Source: Lingula anatina (lineage: Eukaryota; Animalia; Brachiopoda). Taken from it: a stretch of DNA of 64,000 bases. The notes under the pieces were generated by a model, which saw nothing but the letters and a program-made list of their open reading frames with translations, did not search any database and was not told the DNA's origin. Position numbers and translations under genes: made by a program. Positions 41,348 through 57,600 of the stretch are shown here, in pieces; the stretch's first letter is position 1; the number at the start of each line of letters is the position of its first letter. The stretch spans positions 22,448,848 through 22,512,847 of the forward strand of contig CM120643.1 in NCBI GenBank assembly GCA_051362555.1, written 5' to 3'.

Positions 41348-42932
41348 AATTATTTGTGGTTCGTGTAGATGTAAGGTATTTTATTACAAACGGTACAAAA
41401 CACCCAGTAGCAGGGACGGGATGTGCAATGACTCATGAATAAGAGGAAATTACTTTGTTTGAGGAAAATTAGATTTGACGCTCAAATTCCGTATATATTT
41501 CAAATGCACTTTGGTAGAATATCTGTATTAAGCACTATTCTTTGTATATAACTTCATATATAGAACCAGAATGCGATTATTTTCAAAATAAATATTGATG
41601 CTTAATTGGATTGCTTTAATTTTCGGAATTTCGACAGGTTAAAGCTAGATTGCTGAATCCTTTTGAATTGTTTTTTACAAGAAAGCTAATTTGGTCGTTT
41701 AATTAACTGAAACTATCGGTAAAGTCAATGAAAAATTATGACCCTATCCCAGGCTAAATTTGGAAAATATGCAATTAACCATCACGACATAGTCCAAAAT
41801 TACATTCTTCAGATGGTTAAAATGTGTTGAAAAGAACCACGGTATGACACATGTAATAAAAGGCTCCCATTATCACTCACCGTTAAATGATTAGGGATGG
41901 TATATAGTGTGACCGTTGATGTGTGAACATCCCACGTTGCGCTTACAGCAACAGGTGTTAGCTCCGAGAGTATTGAACAGGTGCCATGTTGGATATTTTG
42001 CTAGCTTATGATTCATGCACGTAAATGAACGCTTTTTATTCCGTCTGTGGGTGGATGTGCCTGCGTCAGGAGAAAGACGACACGTGCCTGTTTTATTGGG
42101 AGTGCACAAAGACCGACGAGAATCAAGCAGAGTGAATACGGTTTGACAAAGCTACCCAGCAACCCTAACACATTTCAATTCTATGTATCACATTACCTGA
42201 CGCAAGATATGGAAACATATAACTGTTTGCGTGGTCGTGTTGTTAGACAGTAGAATAAATTCTGATGTTGTCTGTTTGTAATCAAGAAAAATCGAACCTC
42301 GTTCATGTTTTAGCAGCCTAGAGAGCCTTGCGTGTCACAGCACTGGTTGATCTATTGCTAATAGTCAGTTGAAAACGGATCTAAACTAATCAGTGTTTTT
42401 ACACCTTCAGGACATGCACGCAGCTATCAGCCATATCAAAGGACAAAATCCAGAAAATCAAAATACGATTTCTTAGCGATTGATAAAAAGATATGTCACT
42501 TGGAAAATTCTAGACGCTGAACTAACGCCATTCACGATACCTTAAATAGATTGAAGGAGACAGGGCACAAACGACTTTGAGATTTTTTATTGTGTTAACT
42601 TGACAAAAAGAAACCATGGGGTTTCACTTTATAATGAGGGACAATAAATTGTAAGGAAACTGTCGTTTGCTAAAGAAAGGAGTAAATAAATGTTATTTTT
42701 ATAGACATTGGATTTCGATTTTTAATATATGTGGAGAATTGGATTTGATAAGGAAAAATCTGACCTTAAATGTACAAAGTTATTAACTTTATGACATTTG
42801 CCTCTTATTGAACTCCGTAACTTGTCGCTTCGTTAGAATGTGATCAGTTACTATGAAAGCTCCCATAATATACCAAAGGAAAACCCTGTAAGGTTGCTCG
42901 TCTGCCATGTTTTTATTTTTTCTTGTGCAAAG

Positions 42933-42990
42933 TGACGTCACAAGGTGGGCGGAGTGTGTCGATAAGTGCTCCCAGAATTTCCTTAAATAC
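42933..42990 (+). promoter_or_regulatory. Candidate promoter: full CRE palindrome, GC box and TATA-like box
   Basis: TGACGTCA at 42933-42940, GGGCGG at 42947-42952, CTTAAATA near 42982; about 1.1 kb upstream of the ATG at 44071. Confidence 0.4.
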
Positions 42991-44070
42991 ATAACCATCG
43001 ATGATTACCAATGATATTCCAGGGACTTATGAATTAGTCTCTTCTTGTCGGTGACAGATACTGAAGCAGGATTTGCATTGTATCACAGAACGCTTTGTCA
43101 CTTTAATCTACATTGTACTCTCTCACTGACAGGAGTCAAACAACATAGCCAGAATACTGCAACACATTAAATCATTTTCCAGCTGACAAAAACCTAATGT
43201 CAGATTAACATCATTTCACTAATGGTTCTGCCGTGAAAGCGATGTATACACAATGGGGACTCCTTGGACACGACAATGACGACGGAATTGACGTTGAACA
43301 CCATTTGTACTTCTGCACATCCATATGGAAGCAAATTGAAAACGAGAACATTGAAAGAACATTCGACAAATTGCAAATAAAAATCCAGAAACGACAATAA
43401 AAGAAGGATCGCCATTTCTCGGAAAGCCGTAGTTTATATGAAGGTGACATTTGTACGACGTACTTGTACAGCATGTAAAAGGAAAAGGTGTTTGTTGACA
43501 CTAGAAAGATAGCTGCTTTGATGTGACACAGTGTCGGGGTTAGGAAACAAGGAGAACGATTTCACATTATGACATAGATGACTTCATAAAAATGAAATTA
43601 CTAGCTGAATTTAGTGGGTCATAAAAACATGAAAAAATTGATGACTAGAGAAATGATAAGCCAAGCGGAGCGAATAACTTGAACATATGTGCACCTGTAA
43701 AAATTAAGTATGAAATAAAATGGTTTGAAAGCAGACTGCGACAGTCACGATGCAAATTGGAAGATAGAGTATTCGCTTACCACAACTACGTGACAACAAA
43801 GACATAAAAGCAGTGGCCAGTGAAGTACAGTGACAATATGAAAACTGAGTAGCTGTAAGATAAGAAGGGAAACAGTCCAATGTTTCGTGTCATCAAAACC
43901 TCAATTCAAGCCCATTGCAGTGTTGTTTTCCTGGAACACGCACGGTAACCGTTTTGACATGCAAGCTACGTGTTATGTGACACCATAATTAACACATGGT
44001 GGAAAGGTGAACCATACATGCATAGCGCAGTCGTAACATCGGTTCCCTATATGACAAACCGCCAATACCA

Positions 44071-47000
44071 ATGTCAGTGATCTGGGTGGTTCTGGGAGCA
44101 TTGTTCCAATTGCTATTGGCAACTCTGGGGCAGAGGGCCGATGATTGCTTCAGAGCTGTGCTTCAGCCACAGCGGTCACCCCAGGAAGAGCCGGGAGAGC
44201 TCCGTCTGACACTCACCCACTCGGTTTTACGAACGGAGGGTGGATACTTTCCTGGTGCTACGTATCAAGGTAAGTGGAACATGTTTTTAACGTATCAATC
44301 GGTCTGGTTTTGCCTGGTTTACAATATTTAATTCATATAAGCAAGACAAACTTCAGTTCTAAATCTCTTATATATCCTGCTCTGTGATTCAACGAAACCT
44401 TACTTAATATATGTACGTGTACTACATGTAGAACATGTTGGCGTCGCTGACGACTGAAAATTTTGATTTGATGGCCTTCTCGACATTTGAAGGCGTTCAA
44501 TACAAATATGATAGATTAAAAGGGGAATTCCTGGATTACGCGTTGTGGTCTCTCTTACGATTGTATTCTCCAGACTATTGTAGAGCGCTGTTGGTTTATT
44601 TTCGATGCATTAATTACCCCATGCTCTTTTAAAATGTCACATACGAATGTTTTAAACATGCTGTCTGGGTTCAAATACAAAATAATATGACCCGTACGAA
44701 TTCATGATTCCTGAACTGCAATGCAGTGGGTACCGACAACGGGGCAGGCATATCCAAAAAAAGAGTAAGCAGAATTGCAATGAAAGGAAAATAAAATGGC
44801 TATGTTCTATACGTGGGAAGAGATGCATGTATCTTTGCCAGAATTCAGTGTATGAATTAATGTACACATGGAGGCTAAGGTGTCGACAGAAGACAGATTT
44901 ACCAAATCACTTGTTATAAGATTAATAGCGAAACTCTAAAGCGCTGTATCTCAGCATCGTTTTTTATTATTAATCATTAATATATATTTTTTTTGACTGA
45001 CGACAATTTTGATAATTATCACATGGGGTTTACCAATGTAGTTAAGTCATTAATTGAACCAAAATACCCATACGTGAGCTAGGGAAAATCCCTTGAAATT
45101 TGAAATTCACGGCACCGTAAGATGAAACCTGGTTTCATTATGATGTTCCATTAACGAAATGATAAGAACAATTTACAAAAATGTTATTATGGCAATTCGG
45201 AAGCCTTGTCTCAACGAAACAGAGAAAAGTACTACTTTAAAAAATATATGTATTTCCCATTTAAAAACACGCCAGATTTGACGTTAGATGACTTCATATG
45301 CACTGTATATACTACTGGATTGGACAAAATTCAGTTTCAGTTCTCTTACTCTCAACGTGAGATAGATATCTAGAACAGAAATGTTTATTTTAGTTATATT
45401 AAATATCTTTAATCACATATCTGTTTATTTTTATACACTTTTTCTTGTAACTTTTGGCGTAAGTCCCATTGTTCGCGTAAGTTGATATTCTGAACGGTTT
45501 TCTCCGGTACACCCCCTTGTAACTTTTCACGTAAATTTGCAACCGTAATCCCGCAACGTGGCTTTTTTTTTACTACCAATACCATACCCTACGTTTGTCA
45601 ACTTAGCCCAATAAGTTTACCAGTTATACACTCAGTACATGTACTTGCTTTTCCTGGTATACAGAGAAAATCGTTTTTGAGAGTGGGGAGGGTCAAGTCA
45701 AATTAACATGGTTTGAGAGAAAACTGTACGTAAAAACAATCAATGTAAGTCATAAATGTAATATGCAGTATGTGAATAACTTATTAAGTGAACTAGACAT
45801 GATGATAATCAGCACGAATAGATGTATTTTACATAAATAATTTCCTGCCACCGAAATGACGTCTTCTGGTAGCTACATGTAGGAAGAAAGAAAACAGTTA
45901 TTTGCTCACCGCAGTTGGTATTTCTCGTCTCTGTTAGATAACCATTGCCACCAGTTTCTAGACAGACGATATGAAGTGATCGCCAGAAGCCAGTAAAGTT
46001 CCCAAGAATGTGACAAAGGAAAACGCCAACCATGTTATCACGAAATGTCAAACCTGGGTTCTTGAAATAGATTTTATGTCAAGGCCATGCGTTATTACAC
46101 CCTCCACCGACGCCAATTGAATGTCTCACAATTAATTATTTATATAAGGCCTGTGTTTCTCACTGCTGTCATTTAGATAAACGACACTTACCTTCTCGAA
46201 AAGACATTTTATGTATCAAATGCGCATGTTCCTACTAGCTTCGAATAATTTCAATTCAGTGTTCAATTTATTTCTGTACTGGTTCATAAGTTAACATGAC
46301 CTGGTACAATGTGACATAATAATTACAGTATGGGAAATGCAAATATTACCTTTATACACCTTTATACAGTGAACAGATGTACTACAAAGAATACTAATAA
46401 AATAATAAAATATTCTAACTAAATGGCGAGATACAACCCCGTGGTGTGTTTACATATTTATCATAAATTAATTCATAAACAATAATAAATCAATTCATAA
46501 TAATGTGAATCGGTGCCCCTGCCCCTTTTACCATTCGGCAAGCATATCTCCAATCTGTCCTATTTACTGTACTATTTGCTGTTAATCAAGTGACACACCT
46601 AATAAGTAGATACTTAAATAGCTTGCAACGTTTAGGGCTCCTGGGAGAAAAAAATCCGATATTTTCTCACTGTCAGTCTGGACAGTCATTGGAATTTTTT
46701 CCCCGTATTACTAGTTTATCTACATGTACTACAAATCCGTTCACAGATTTTCTTGTTTGCCCAGATACAACAAAGAGTATGGTTTTGAAGAACGAAAAAA
46801 AAACTGAAATGATGGTACCGATCTTTCCACCAGATCTTTCTGATTTCGAAAAATGCACCCATACTATCATTTATTACATGCAGCAATATCTTGTAAGTAC
46901 TAGGCACATAGGTACAACGTGAACAACCAAGCAATGTTTTAAAAACACTTTCAATGGTGCATCTGTAAAATTTATATGAAATCAATCTATTTACAGAAAA

Positions 47001-50000
47001 ACTTTAAGCTTTCAAAAAGGAAAAAGAAAAGGAAAAAAGAAAACTTTGAACTTTCTCCAGTTGCTGGTCTATATGATTATGTCATGTCAAGTTAGGTACA
47101 GGTAACTTCCCGTGACAAATACATGTGGATACCTTCTAAGTCATACTGGCGGAAATTAAATAAGCCCTTTAAATAAGAGATTACATAAGAGCACTCAGCT
47201 TTTAGATTGATGTCTGCTCCTTTGAGGTCTGTCTTTAGCTCTTGTTTATAAGGTTGTGCTGTATCCTATTATATTCTATTATATACTGTTCTGATGACCC
47301 GTGGGGTTGACAGATTAGATAAAATGAAACAAAAAACCGTAGGCGGAAAGGTCTTCTGGATCAGGTTTAGTTCAGAAAATCGCTTTGGCTGTTGTTTGAA
47401 TCATCAAATTATCAAAGCAATTAAAGGTGCGACAATTATCGCATAGTTCTCCAATGAATAATGATAAAAATGATAATAACAGATTGACAGAAGCACTTCA
47501 ATGAAACATCCGCATATAAACGATACTGTTACCTTTCCGATATATCATCGCTAATACAAAATGATATAAATCAATTATTTATGACTTATATTGCAAAGGA
47601 ACTAATACACTTTACCTTCATTAACACTGATGGACGAGACAGCATTAACACTGAAGTGGGCTTTTTAGCAATTACCATTTTATTTTTAGTTGGGTCCATT
47701 ACTGTTTTCTGATATTCTATTACATATGATAGTCTAACATGACGTACATGTAGGTGATTCTTTTGTGCCAAATTGACGTAGGTTAAGAATTGATTTTTTA
47801 TTATTAAACGATTTCACATTTGAAACATTTGTTTCGGATTGGTGATGTAAAAAGGACAGAGATATATCACCTACTGTGATTTACGGTTGAAAAATATTTG
47901 GAAAACGTCTGAATCAAAGTTAAGAGGGGTTGGAAAATGAGACGATAACAATGTTCTTTTTCAATACATGGCAGATCAAAGATAAAGCCATCAAGGCCAT
48001 CATCATCAGAAATCTTTTGGCATTTTAAATGGACTTTTTTAATGGTGTATAATTTATTCCAACATTAAGAGCTGCTTAGATGAGCAATATCAATCATTAA
48101 TCCTGAATTGGACACTGGGGCTTGGATCGATTTCAAATTTCAGTTTTGGATTGATGATCTAGATTTTGAAAACTAAAAAAATAAATAAAAAAACAGTAAG
48201 GCCTATTCATTACTGGCCTAAGCTTAATTTCCTTTGCCATACATCATGATTTTAAACTAAAATTAATTCACAAAGATGCTTGAGTCACGTCAGTGTCGTA
48301 CGCACCTTGTGTGATATTTCTATAACTATTTTATATCACTTTTTTATAACTGTGGCTTTCTATCCACATAGGAGGATACTAATGGGACAAATTCACTTTT
48401 TTGTGGAATGGTCCTTAGAAAAAATAAACTTGAATATGAAATTGGCTAATTATACCAAGCAGCCACAGAAGAGCCACAAACAGAACGCAAGATAGCAATG
48501 ACGTTAAAGATGCATACAAAGCCAATTTTTGTCACAAAAACCAACCAAATGCCAGCATATAGTTTCAAGTAGTATAACTAAGAGAATTACCAAAAGGCAT
48601 TGTTTAATTTTACCCGAAAATGATGTTTGAACGGATTTTTCTGCTGGCATTCTAAGCTGTATGTCAATGGGGCAGGAAAGTAGGTCACGAAAGAAGGTTA
48701 AATTTACAACCAAAAATTTAAAGAAAGGAGCAGTCTAAAGGTCTTTTATGGCTGATCGTGTGATCTATTCAGTTTATCCCTTGGCATGTCGAATTCATTT
48801 GAGTCAAATAAGAATATAGTAGAAGTGGTTTACATGTGTTACTGGGAATCCACGCTCCACCGATGTTCGGTTCGTATGTACTTTTAAGTGTTCGAGGAAA
48901 ACAAAGTACATGTATACTGCACATAGAGAGAATTGCTATTTGTAATGAAGGCCTAAAAATCGTTGACGCCATGGAGCCTGTGTGGTTTTTGATCTGAATA
49001 TAATCAAAATATCATATTCTACTTTCTGAAACTCTTCTGTGAAGCACGCTTTACATAAGCCTACTGTACATTTCCAAGCATAATGTCTACAGATTAGGGC
49101 CGACACCACGGAAACAACGGTGAGTCAATAAATGCGCAAATCTCTTGTCACCGGATACTCTTGTATCATTTTCTAAGCGACAGTTTGTGAACGAAAGGTG
49201 TTCACACAAGATCGTGACGGGAGCAAAATAGGCCTGAATCTGTCGCTCTTGGCTGATTATGTTACATTTTTTCGGGAAAGGGGAGGCATTTTGTAATCGC
49301 GTCTCTGACCTTGAAAGTTGTCGCCTTTGTTGTTTTTGATAAAATTGTTCCTTGTAATTCAAAACAAAAGAAAAGGCCTATGTGATACAGTTTTTTTTTT
49401 TTTTGACAAAACAGAGATATGAAATTTCCAGTAATTGGGGAAAAATGCACTAAATGCAATTTAAAAAAGTCGTTCCTTTTCTGTGTATAGGTAAATATCA
49501 CGTGTGACACTTTTTGGTGCAGTGACTGGGCCTTAAAAGTTAATTTTTAAGTCGTTTTGTGCACTGCATGTTCTTATTGTCGTCTTGGACATATATGATA
49601 AATATTTGTTGGGAACAATGCAGTTTTGTTCCCCGAGGCTACATATGTATAACCTTTGTTTTAAAGATCGAAATTAAGGAACGTTGAAAAAAGGACGCAA
49701 AGCGCCAGGTGCACCTCCATTAATAAAAACAACTTAACGGCCCTATGCGATTCACTCTAACCAAGACTCATTGAGAAGTTTCGTAATGTTGTCATTGCCA
49801 ATAACTTTGCAAATTCATAAACAGACAGAAACCTGCATGAGACATAAAAACACAAAAATACTAAATTAGCACAGTGTGAAATGGATCAGTCAGTGCATAA
49901 GTCGCTTATCTAACTGTCCTACTGGGATTTCCCAACGCTATATATATATGCACTAGTCGAGTGCTGATATCAATGACAATTAATTCAGTAGGTGTTGTTG

Positions 50001-53000
50001 CACATTTTAGTAGGATATCGCTGTCATGAGGGAACATAATTTTATCTGGGGTGAGCAGTGAGTATGTGCTCTTTCATCAATGAAAACCACACTTTCATGT
50101 CACGCTGAAGAGTCCCCCTGGAATGTACAATTCGCGTTATGAAATCTAAGTTGACACCTTTTTTTTCTGAGTAGAGGTAGCTAGATGTTGTGAAGTCAAA
50201 TGTGAATGACAGGACAGGGAGATCTTTGTGATATTGTTCATCATACTTGAGATATACTCGCTTAAACATTGTCATAAGCCTATTATTACGAGTATTTTCA
50301 AATGTTTTGCGTGGAAAATATGATATCCGTGGATTGATGCTTTATATTAGATTTAAGGTTTACTGCGTTTTATATTACTAAGAATTGAGTGGAAATAGTA
50401 TGTTACATGTATTTCTTACCAAATGAAGGAAATTCGCTGTTCTTTTTGCACCTCTTTCAAGGTAATTTCCCCGTTGTCTTTACGTATGCATTTCCGAACT
50501 CTTTTCCTCTTCCTATTTTTTCCGTCCACCAACATACCAGCAGGAGAAAGTAAACGTTATGGGTAGTTTCTTAATATCAAGAATGGGTTTTACGGATAAA
50601 CAGTTTGGCACACTCGGTCATAAAATCTCTTCAAATTACTTCATTTCAGTGGCGATTCAAGCAGTCAACATCAGCAAAAATTTGACGATCCAAGAGTTCG
50701 TCATGACGACGTATCAGACGATAGAAGCAACGGAAGTCAACCAACAATTCATATCCCTTCCTCCCTTTCTCACGCACGTGAACGATTCGAGATGTCCGAG
50801 CGACACCATAGCGCTGACCAAAGGGAGTAGTGCGTTCGTTGAAAACGTGACCGTCACATGGAAGGCGCCTTTGAGTGACCAACGTGATCCAAGTGACCAA
50901 AAGTGCGTCACGTTTAGGTATGGAATGGAAGAGACACGTGATATGCCGATGACGGTTAAGCGGTGCGCGCTGGTACCATTTCTGGGTTTCGTTTCTAGCC
51001 TCGTTTTCTTTCCATGTAATTCAACTCAATTATGTATGAAATTATAAAAATTTTTCTTAGCTTGCAAACTCATTTGAATTCACTTGAAATGTCATCTTTC
51101 TGATGGACTTAAGATAATTATTGTATAAAGTCCTGATAATTGCAGCAACATTTGATACTCACCACAAAGGCTTAGAGAGAACCCACAAAGTGTAAATGAT
51201 CACAAAGCTCCTTATGACGGACAAGGAAAAGCTTAGTATGCATAAAGCATTATAACAGAAAAAATGACAAAAGTGTAATTCCTTTAAACGAGTTGTCTCG
51301 TTCAAACATGCAATGAAATGAATGAAAGTTGACTTTCTGAGATGCCATAACTCAGCGACATGCAACTTAAGAGCCTTTTAACGGGCAAAAAGTAATGAAT
51401 CAAGACGCTGTCGTCCGATATTATCCAACATCTCTCCGACTCTTGTTCAATCTTAATTTGATATGGTTTAAATTTCAGGGCTGTGGCGGTTGTAGAAGAA
51501 AAATGGCACCATCTCCAGAAGAACATATGTCTAAATACAGGTACACTTAGAAATATTTGGCACAGCCCTTTATTTCCCCGAAAGAATAATTATTTATCCA
51601 TCCCACTTTGTAGAAAGCGTAGTCACCTAGGATGTAAAACTACATGCATTAGTAAATTAATCTTTTAGTGAATATTCTTCTTATTTGAATTGTATTCCAG
51701 GTTGTGACCAGTATCTTACGCAGCAGAATGGTAGTATAGTGTCTCCGGGTTTTCCTGCGTTCTACCCAGACAATATACACTGCAGAGTCGTTATTCGTGT
51801 TCTTGATGGATTCAATATATTTCTTCAGGTTTGGCTATATCTCATTGGTGTCCGTCCCGTGCTATCATATAATATCTATTTAAACAACGCCTCACGCGCC
51901 CGCTGCCGAGTTCTCTCTCAATGGATGGCAATTTTAAAAGGAGAAAACCTGAATGTTTATTATTCATTTAAGTTCTGACTCAGTCAAGTTAAGATTTCAC
52001 ATAACAGAGTCATCTTTAATCGTATCGCGCTAGCTTTATATACCAAAATGTCCGAATTAAATTTTTTGACATTTTTCCATTAACAAATGACCCCCAACCC
52101 CAGATACTGATATCTCAATATTCTATTCAATAACTTAAATAGTTCCAGGCGTTTGATCTAGAGCCATCTTACAAAGGTGTTTGTTATGACTACCTGATGG
52201 TCAGCTTACCTGACGGGAAAAACTTAACCAGTGGTGACCCCCGCCCACTCTGCGGCACACGAAGTGGACAACAGCAGTTGGAGGAGATGTTTTTTGAGTC
52301 TCCAGACAATACACTGGAACTGTGGTTTATAACGGATCGGAAGCTGTCTGGTTTGGGATATAAGGCAGTGTATTATAGTCTACCCCAAGCTACAGGTATA
52401 TAGACTATGTTGCCTGTATGATTGTTTTTATGTTCTTCCAGGGGGTCTTTCTTCTTCTGTTGATTTTATTTACTCTACTATTTTTGTTTGTTTGTTTGTT
52501 TGTTTTTTTTTCTTAGGCTGTATATTTTTGCGCATATATTTTTTCTTCTCTCTGGTTGTCTAGCACTATTTTACTAATCTGCTTTACCGGCTTCCACAAA
52601 AGTCTTTTAACGTTAAAACGTTAACGAAAACATAACATTTTTGGCAAGTAAGTCATTCTTTTATTTAATTATTGATGAATTCATTTTGATGGTATTATCA
52701 TGAATGCGTAATCAATCAGCCATCGATTTATTCATATATTTTCACTTGTTTATCTACACTGCCTGTCCAACTTTCAGGTTGTTGCCAGGAATTCCTGGAA
52801 AGCTCAGGTGTAGTTCACAGTTCAAACTACCCAGGGAATTATTTTCCTAGAATGAACTGCAGCTATGTCATAAGGGGCCGGCAAGACCACCAGATATACT
52901 TGCAGATACAGGATCTCAACATACCTCGTGGAGTAACGCCACAGGGCGCGACAAACTGTGATCAAGGCTTTCTCGTGATAAAAATCTGTGAATTAAATAG

Positions 53001-54566
53001 AGAGTACACGTTATGTGGAAACGATTCTCAAATCGAACACTACAACCTTCATTTTCAATCCACCGGTGGAGATATACATCTTAGGTTTGTGTCGGATTAT
53101 TCATCCGTAGGGCGTGGCTTCTATGCAACGTATAATTCAACACCGGTGTGTCAAAACCAGACGCTCTACGGAGCATCAGGGGTTGTCAGTAGTTGGGGTT
53201 ATCCACAAAACTATACTAACAATGCAGACTGTTTTTATATCATCAATAATGAAGGTGCTCCAACCCATGTTACAGAATTGCAATTCGTAGAACTGGACCT
53301 TCAGAGAGGCACGTATATCTCAGGCAACCAAGTCAACTGTGATAAAGACTATATTGAAATCTATTCAGGACGCGACGTGAGACAAATCTGCGGACAAAAG
53401 GACGGAGTCGAAAATTTACTCAAATTTTATTCAGACGGGCCACAGATGGTGCTTCGTTTGGTCTCTGATGCGCAGATCTCTGGGCGTGGATTCGTCGCAA
53501 AGTGGAGGACGGTGGAACACTCTGGTGAAGTGGAACCATGCCCGACATATTGGATGGAACATGGGGAATACTGTTACAATGTTTCAAATGTAAAACGAAA
53601 GTGGGTTGAAGCCGAGGAAGACTGTAAAAGAAAACGCGGACATTTAGCATTTCTTGTGGGCCAGATGTTGGACATGTTTGTGAACAAATACGTGTTAAAC
53701 AGGTAACACATTCCATTGTGTTCATTTCATTTGTGATTGAGTCAGGTGAGTTTGAATGGACTAGTTCCAAGAATAAGACGCTTTGTTTGCTCCTACATGC
53801 TACGTAATGAGCAGGCGTGGGTGAAGATGTTTACTCTGCACTGGGGTATCCAGAGTTTTGCTAAGGGTGGGGAGAAGGTAAAAGATTTTTTTCTGGCTCA
53901 CTTCGACCGGCAAACATTGCACCCAGTAGTAGACGGAAAATTTTACCATAATATGAAGAGGGTAGTTTCATTTTGTCTCGTTTGTATACAGTTTTACTGT
54001 GCACGAAAATAACAAGAGAGACAAGAAATATTCCATAGCATGTGAGCATTTTTGCCCCTTCCTTTGGAAATATTCAATTTCAGGTTTATGTAAATCCAAT
54101 TTTGGTAATTTGATTTATTTTATGTTTGCAGTATGTTGCAGTCTTTTTTTATATTATGCGCGGCTTGAGTTTGATTCTGTCATTGTGTTACATGCATAAA
54201 TGATAACATATTGATTTTGAAAATGTGTTGGATGTTACAAACATAAATCACGAAATTCTGTTTCAGTAAGTAGGAGATCATTTTTAAGGAGACAGTACAT
54301 CAAGTTTGAAAGTATGGGTGTGTGCGTGCATGTGTGCGTTCACACGTGTTTCACATTACAATTGATATATATTTGATGTGATAATGTATTGATTTTTGAC
54401 AGAACATTGGTGTGGTAGTAGTTTTATATCTTATATTTAGGTCTACACACACTCCTTTGTCTGGCTACTGGGTTGGTGGCAATGACCAGAAAAGCGAGCA
54501 GGACTTCCAGTGGACTGCAGGTTTACCATGGAATTATACCAGTAAGTCACCAGAATTCACCAAAAA

Positions 54567-54607
<41 letters not shown>

Positions 54608-57600
54608 TTTGAACTATGAGCAACAGTCAACACATAAATGGGATCACTGTGAATTGGATCAACACCGTTTGCCAACGTTTGGTCTTAATTTCTTGACAAA
54701 TCAATTTCTATTTAACGATGAACAGTACCATAGTGTATGTGATATCAGTAAACGGGTAGAGTTTCATTTGACAATAGCTATAGGAAAATTAACTGAGATT
54801 TGCCAGCTAATATTTCGTCTTCTGACAGTCCTGGGGGGCGGGGGGGTGGGGGTGACTGGACCAGCACACCTGAGAGGTGATAGGTTGTAATATCATCACA
54901 ACCTTCATTTCCCTGATGAGGTCTGAGTGTCAGGTGTAATATGTCGATATCTCATAAGTAAAACGCATTTAACGCACTGCCTTAATTGTATTACACACCC
55001 TTGTCGTCAACCATGTCAATTTTCCTGGTGACATCCGACTTGACTGCGTACATGTGTCCACCACGGTCACTATCTTACACCATTTTTACAAAGCAGTTGA
55101 ACTGAGCAGAATTTAAAAGCAGAAGCGCATGGGGTGCTGAATAAAACAACGAAAAAGAATTTTTTGTTCTGTAAGTGTTTAATTTTATTGCAATGGTATC
55201 TAGTTATTTTATGATCTAAGTATTTTATTTTTAAAAAATGGGAAAAGCTATTTTGACCAAGTTTGTCCACGTATCGATATTGCTAAATCGAGGAACCCCT
55301 TTTGAAACCGCTAGCTAATGATAAGACTAACCCCATTCCCACAGGTTTTAGATTGATCTATCCCTGTGGGGAGTCTCACTAGATTACTGTCAGCTTAGCC
55401 GGCTTAAGCGTCTGTCCCGCCTACTAAAAGCTGTAAGGGGGTAATAAACTACCGGCTAACATCAATTTAGCGTGAACCCCCAGGGAGTTAGGTCGATCTA
55501 GATCGATGGACGTCTTTTCAACTCTAAGACCCCATTCCCATAGACACCATTGGTCTACTTATATCGACCCAACTCTGCGGGGACCCTCGTTAAGTGTTAT
55601 CAGTTTAACTGAATGAAATACTATTTCGACTGATTAAAATTATAGAATTTTATTTTGGCCAAAAAAGAATGTTCTTCAACCCTAAATGAAATAAGAACAT
55701 GGTTCATACGAGTTCAGTGTTGTGCCAACACGTACCACCGATAGTAATACAATGTACATGAAACTGTAAGCTCTGAAGTGGAATTCCATACTACCCACCA
55801 GTATTCTCATACTAGAGTATAGTTCATTAACCTAATGAAATCGCGTTGTTCGGGTTGAGAACTCTGACGGGGTTATAGACAAAAGCTCTTAGTGTAAATC
55901 ACTGTCTTTGTGTATACTCTATACTAAAAGCCACCTGAGTGATTAAATTAATTCCATGCAAAAATCCTGGCTGTACAGTAGAATGAAATGCATACATGTA
56001 TCTAGATCTGTGAATATCTAGTAAAAAATCGGTCTGTTTTTGAAATAAAGGGAAAATAAAGATGCATGTCAGAAGAATAAGAATAACGATGTCCGCCGTT
56101 TTATTACCCATCGGCGTGATTATCCACCGCCATTGTTTTGCAGCCATAAGATATTGACATCAAGATAAATAACAGTTTAACACGATTTTGCCCCTACTCT
56201 TTATCATTCAATAAAAATACCTCTAAATATGGATTGTCACAACCTTCTTCCAGGGCGACAGATTGATTTTTCAAAAGATATAGCTTTAGTAAATTGACAG
56301 TCATTTGATTTGCCTATAATATCAGCCACCCTAGTAGATGGTACAAATGTAGATTGTCACTATCTTTATTATCAAAATTCTATTTACGTTCAAAGCACGT
56401 GCTCGTCTTGTGCATTGCGTTCTGTGCGCGTAAAATGTCGTTAATTATATATAAATATATATATATATATATCAAAGAAGTAAAAATGAGGTAACAATGC
56501 TTCTGTTAAATATCGTTATGGCGATAGGTTGCGTCTTTTCAACTGCTTTCTATTTAATGAAATGTACAGCACCGAAATGTCTACCACGTCCTCCTGTCTG
56601 AAGCCAGTTCAAACCTGTTATGTGCGGCGTTAACGAGATATCTGCACATGTACATATACAGGATGACGTTGCTGAAATTACAACTGGCAATAACGCAACG
56701 GAAGAGATGGCATATTTTCACCTCCCACCCCCAATCAATATCATTTTACAGAGGACGTCACAATGGCAATTTGCAGGAAGCAATGGCAAGATCTGCTTCT
56801 CAAATTTCTCTTTCCTGAGCACCAAGGATCACCTGTCAAACACACCTGCTAGTGCATTGATGATGTCATTGTGAACACGCCCCATCTGTCAATCATTTTG
56901 CCAGCAGTGACGTTATGCCTGTGTCACCAAACCCATTATAGAGGTGCATTTCACGTGCTTAAAGTATCAAAAAATAAAACTAAAATAAAATTCGAAGTTG
57001 TGTATCCAATTTTTAAAAACATAAATGTGTATAGAACAAAATTCCACATCTGTCTCAATTTTACATCTATATTAAATTTTTATCTGTATTATCTGGTAAC
57101 GTATGTTCCGGGCCATATAATTCAAATTTTTATATCGCCTTCCGATATATTTTGTAGTGATTCAGTCATGGTTAATTATATATGACGTAAGGATGTTTTA
57201 TAAATAAATAAATTATTAAACTGTAACTCAAGGGGCTTAGTTTCATGGCTAATAATATGTAACGTACCGTATGTTCCTAAAAAAATTGCCAGAAAGTTTC
57301 GTCTTGCCCAAGTACTTGGTGCAATAGGAAACAGGGTTTTCTGTTGCTGACTGAAAAATATTTTGTGATAGTTCGACATTTCTGATATAATATTTGGACA
57401 GCGAATGGCAAATACACGTGGTTTATTTAATGATTATTTTACTGTCAGTAGGGTGTATTCCCCCTTTTTTAATATTCAGTGAGAAGCAAACAAAGTCGCT
57501 CAAAAAATTAGCTGGTCTTTACAGAATATTATCGTATTTTTTTACAATGTTATACTTGTAGGAGATAAACAAAAGAACAAAACCAGTGATGATTGAATTT

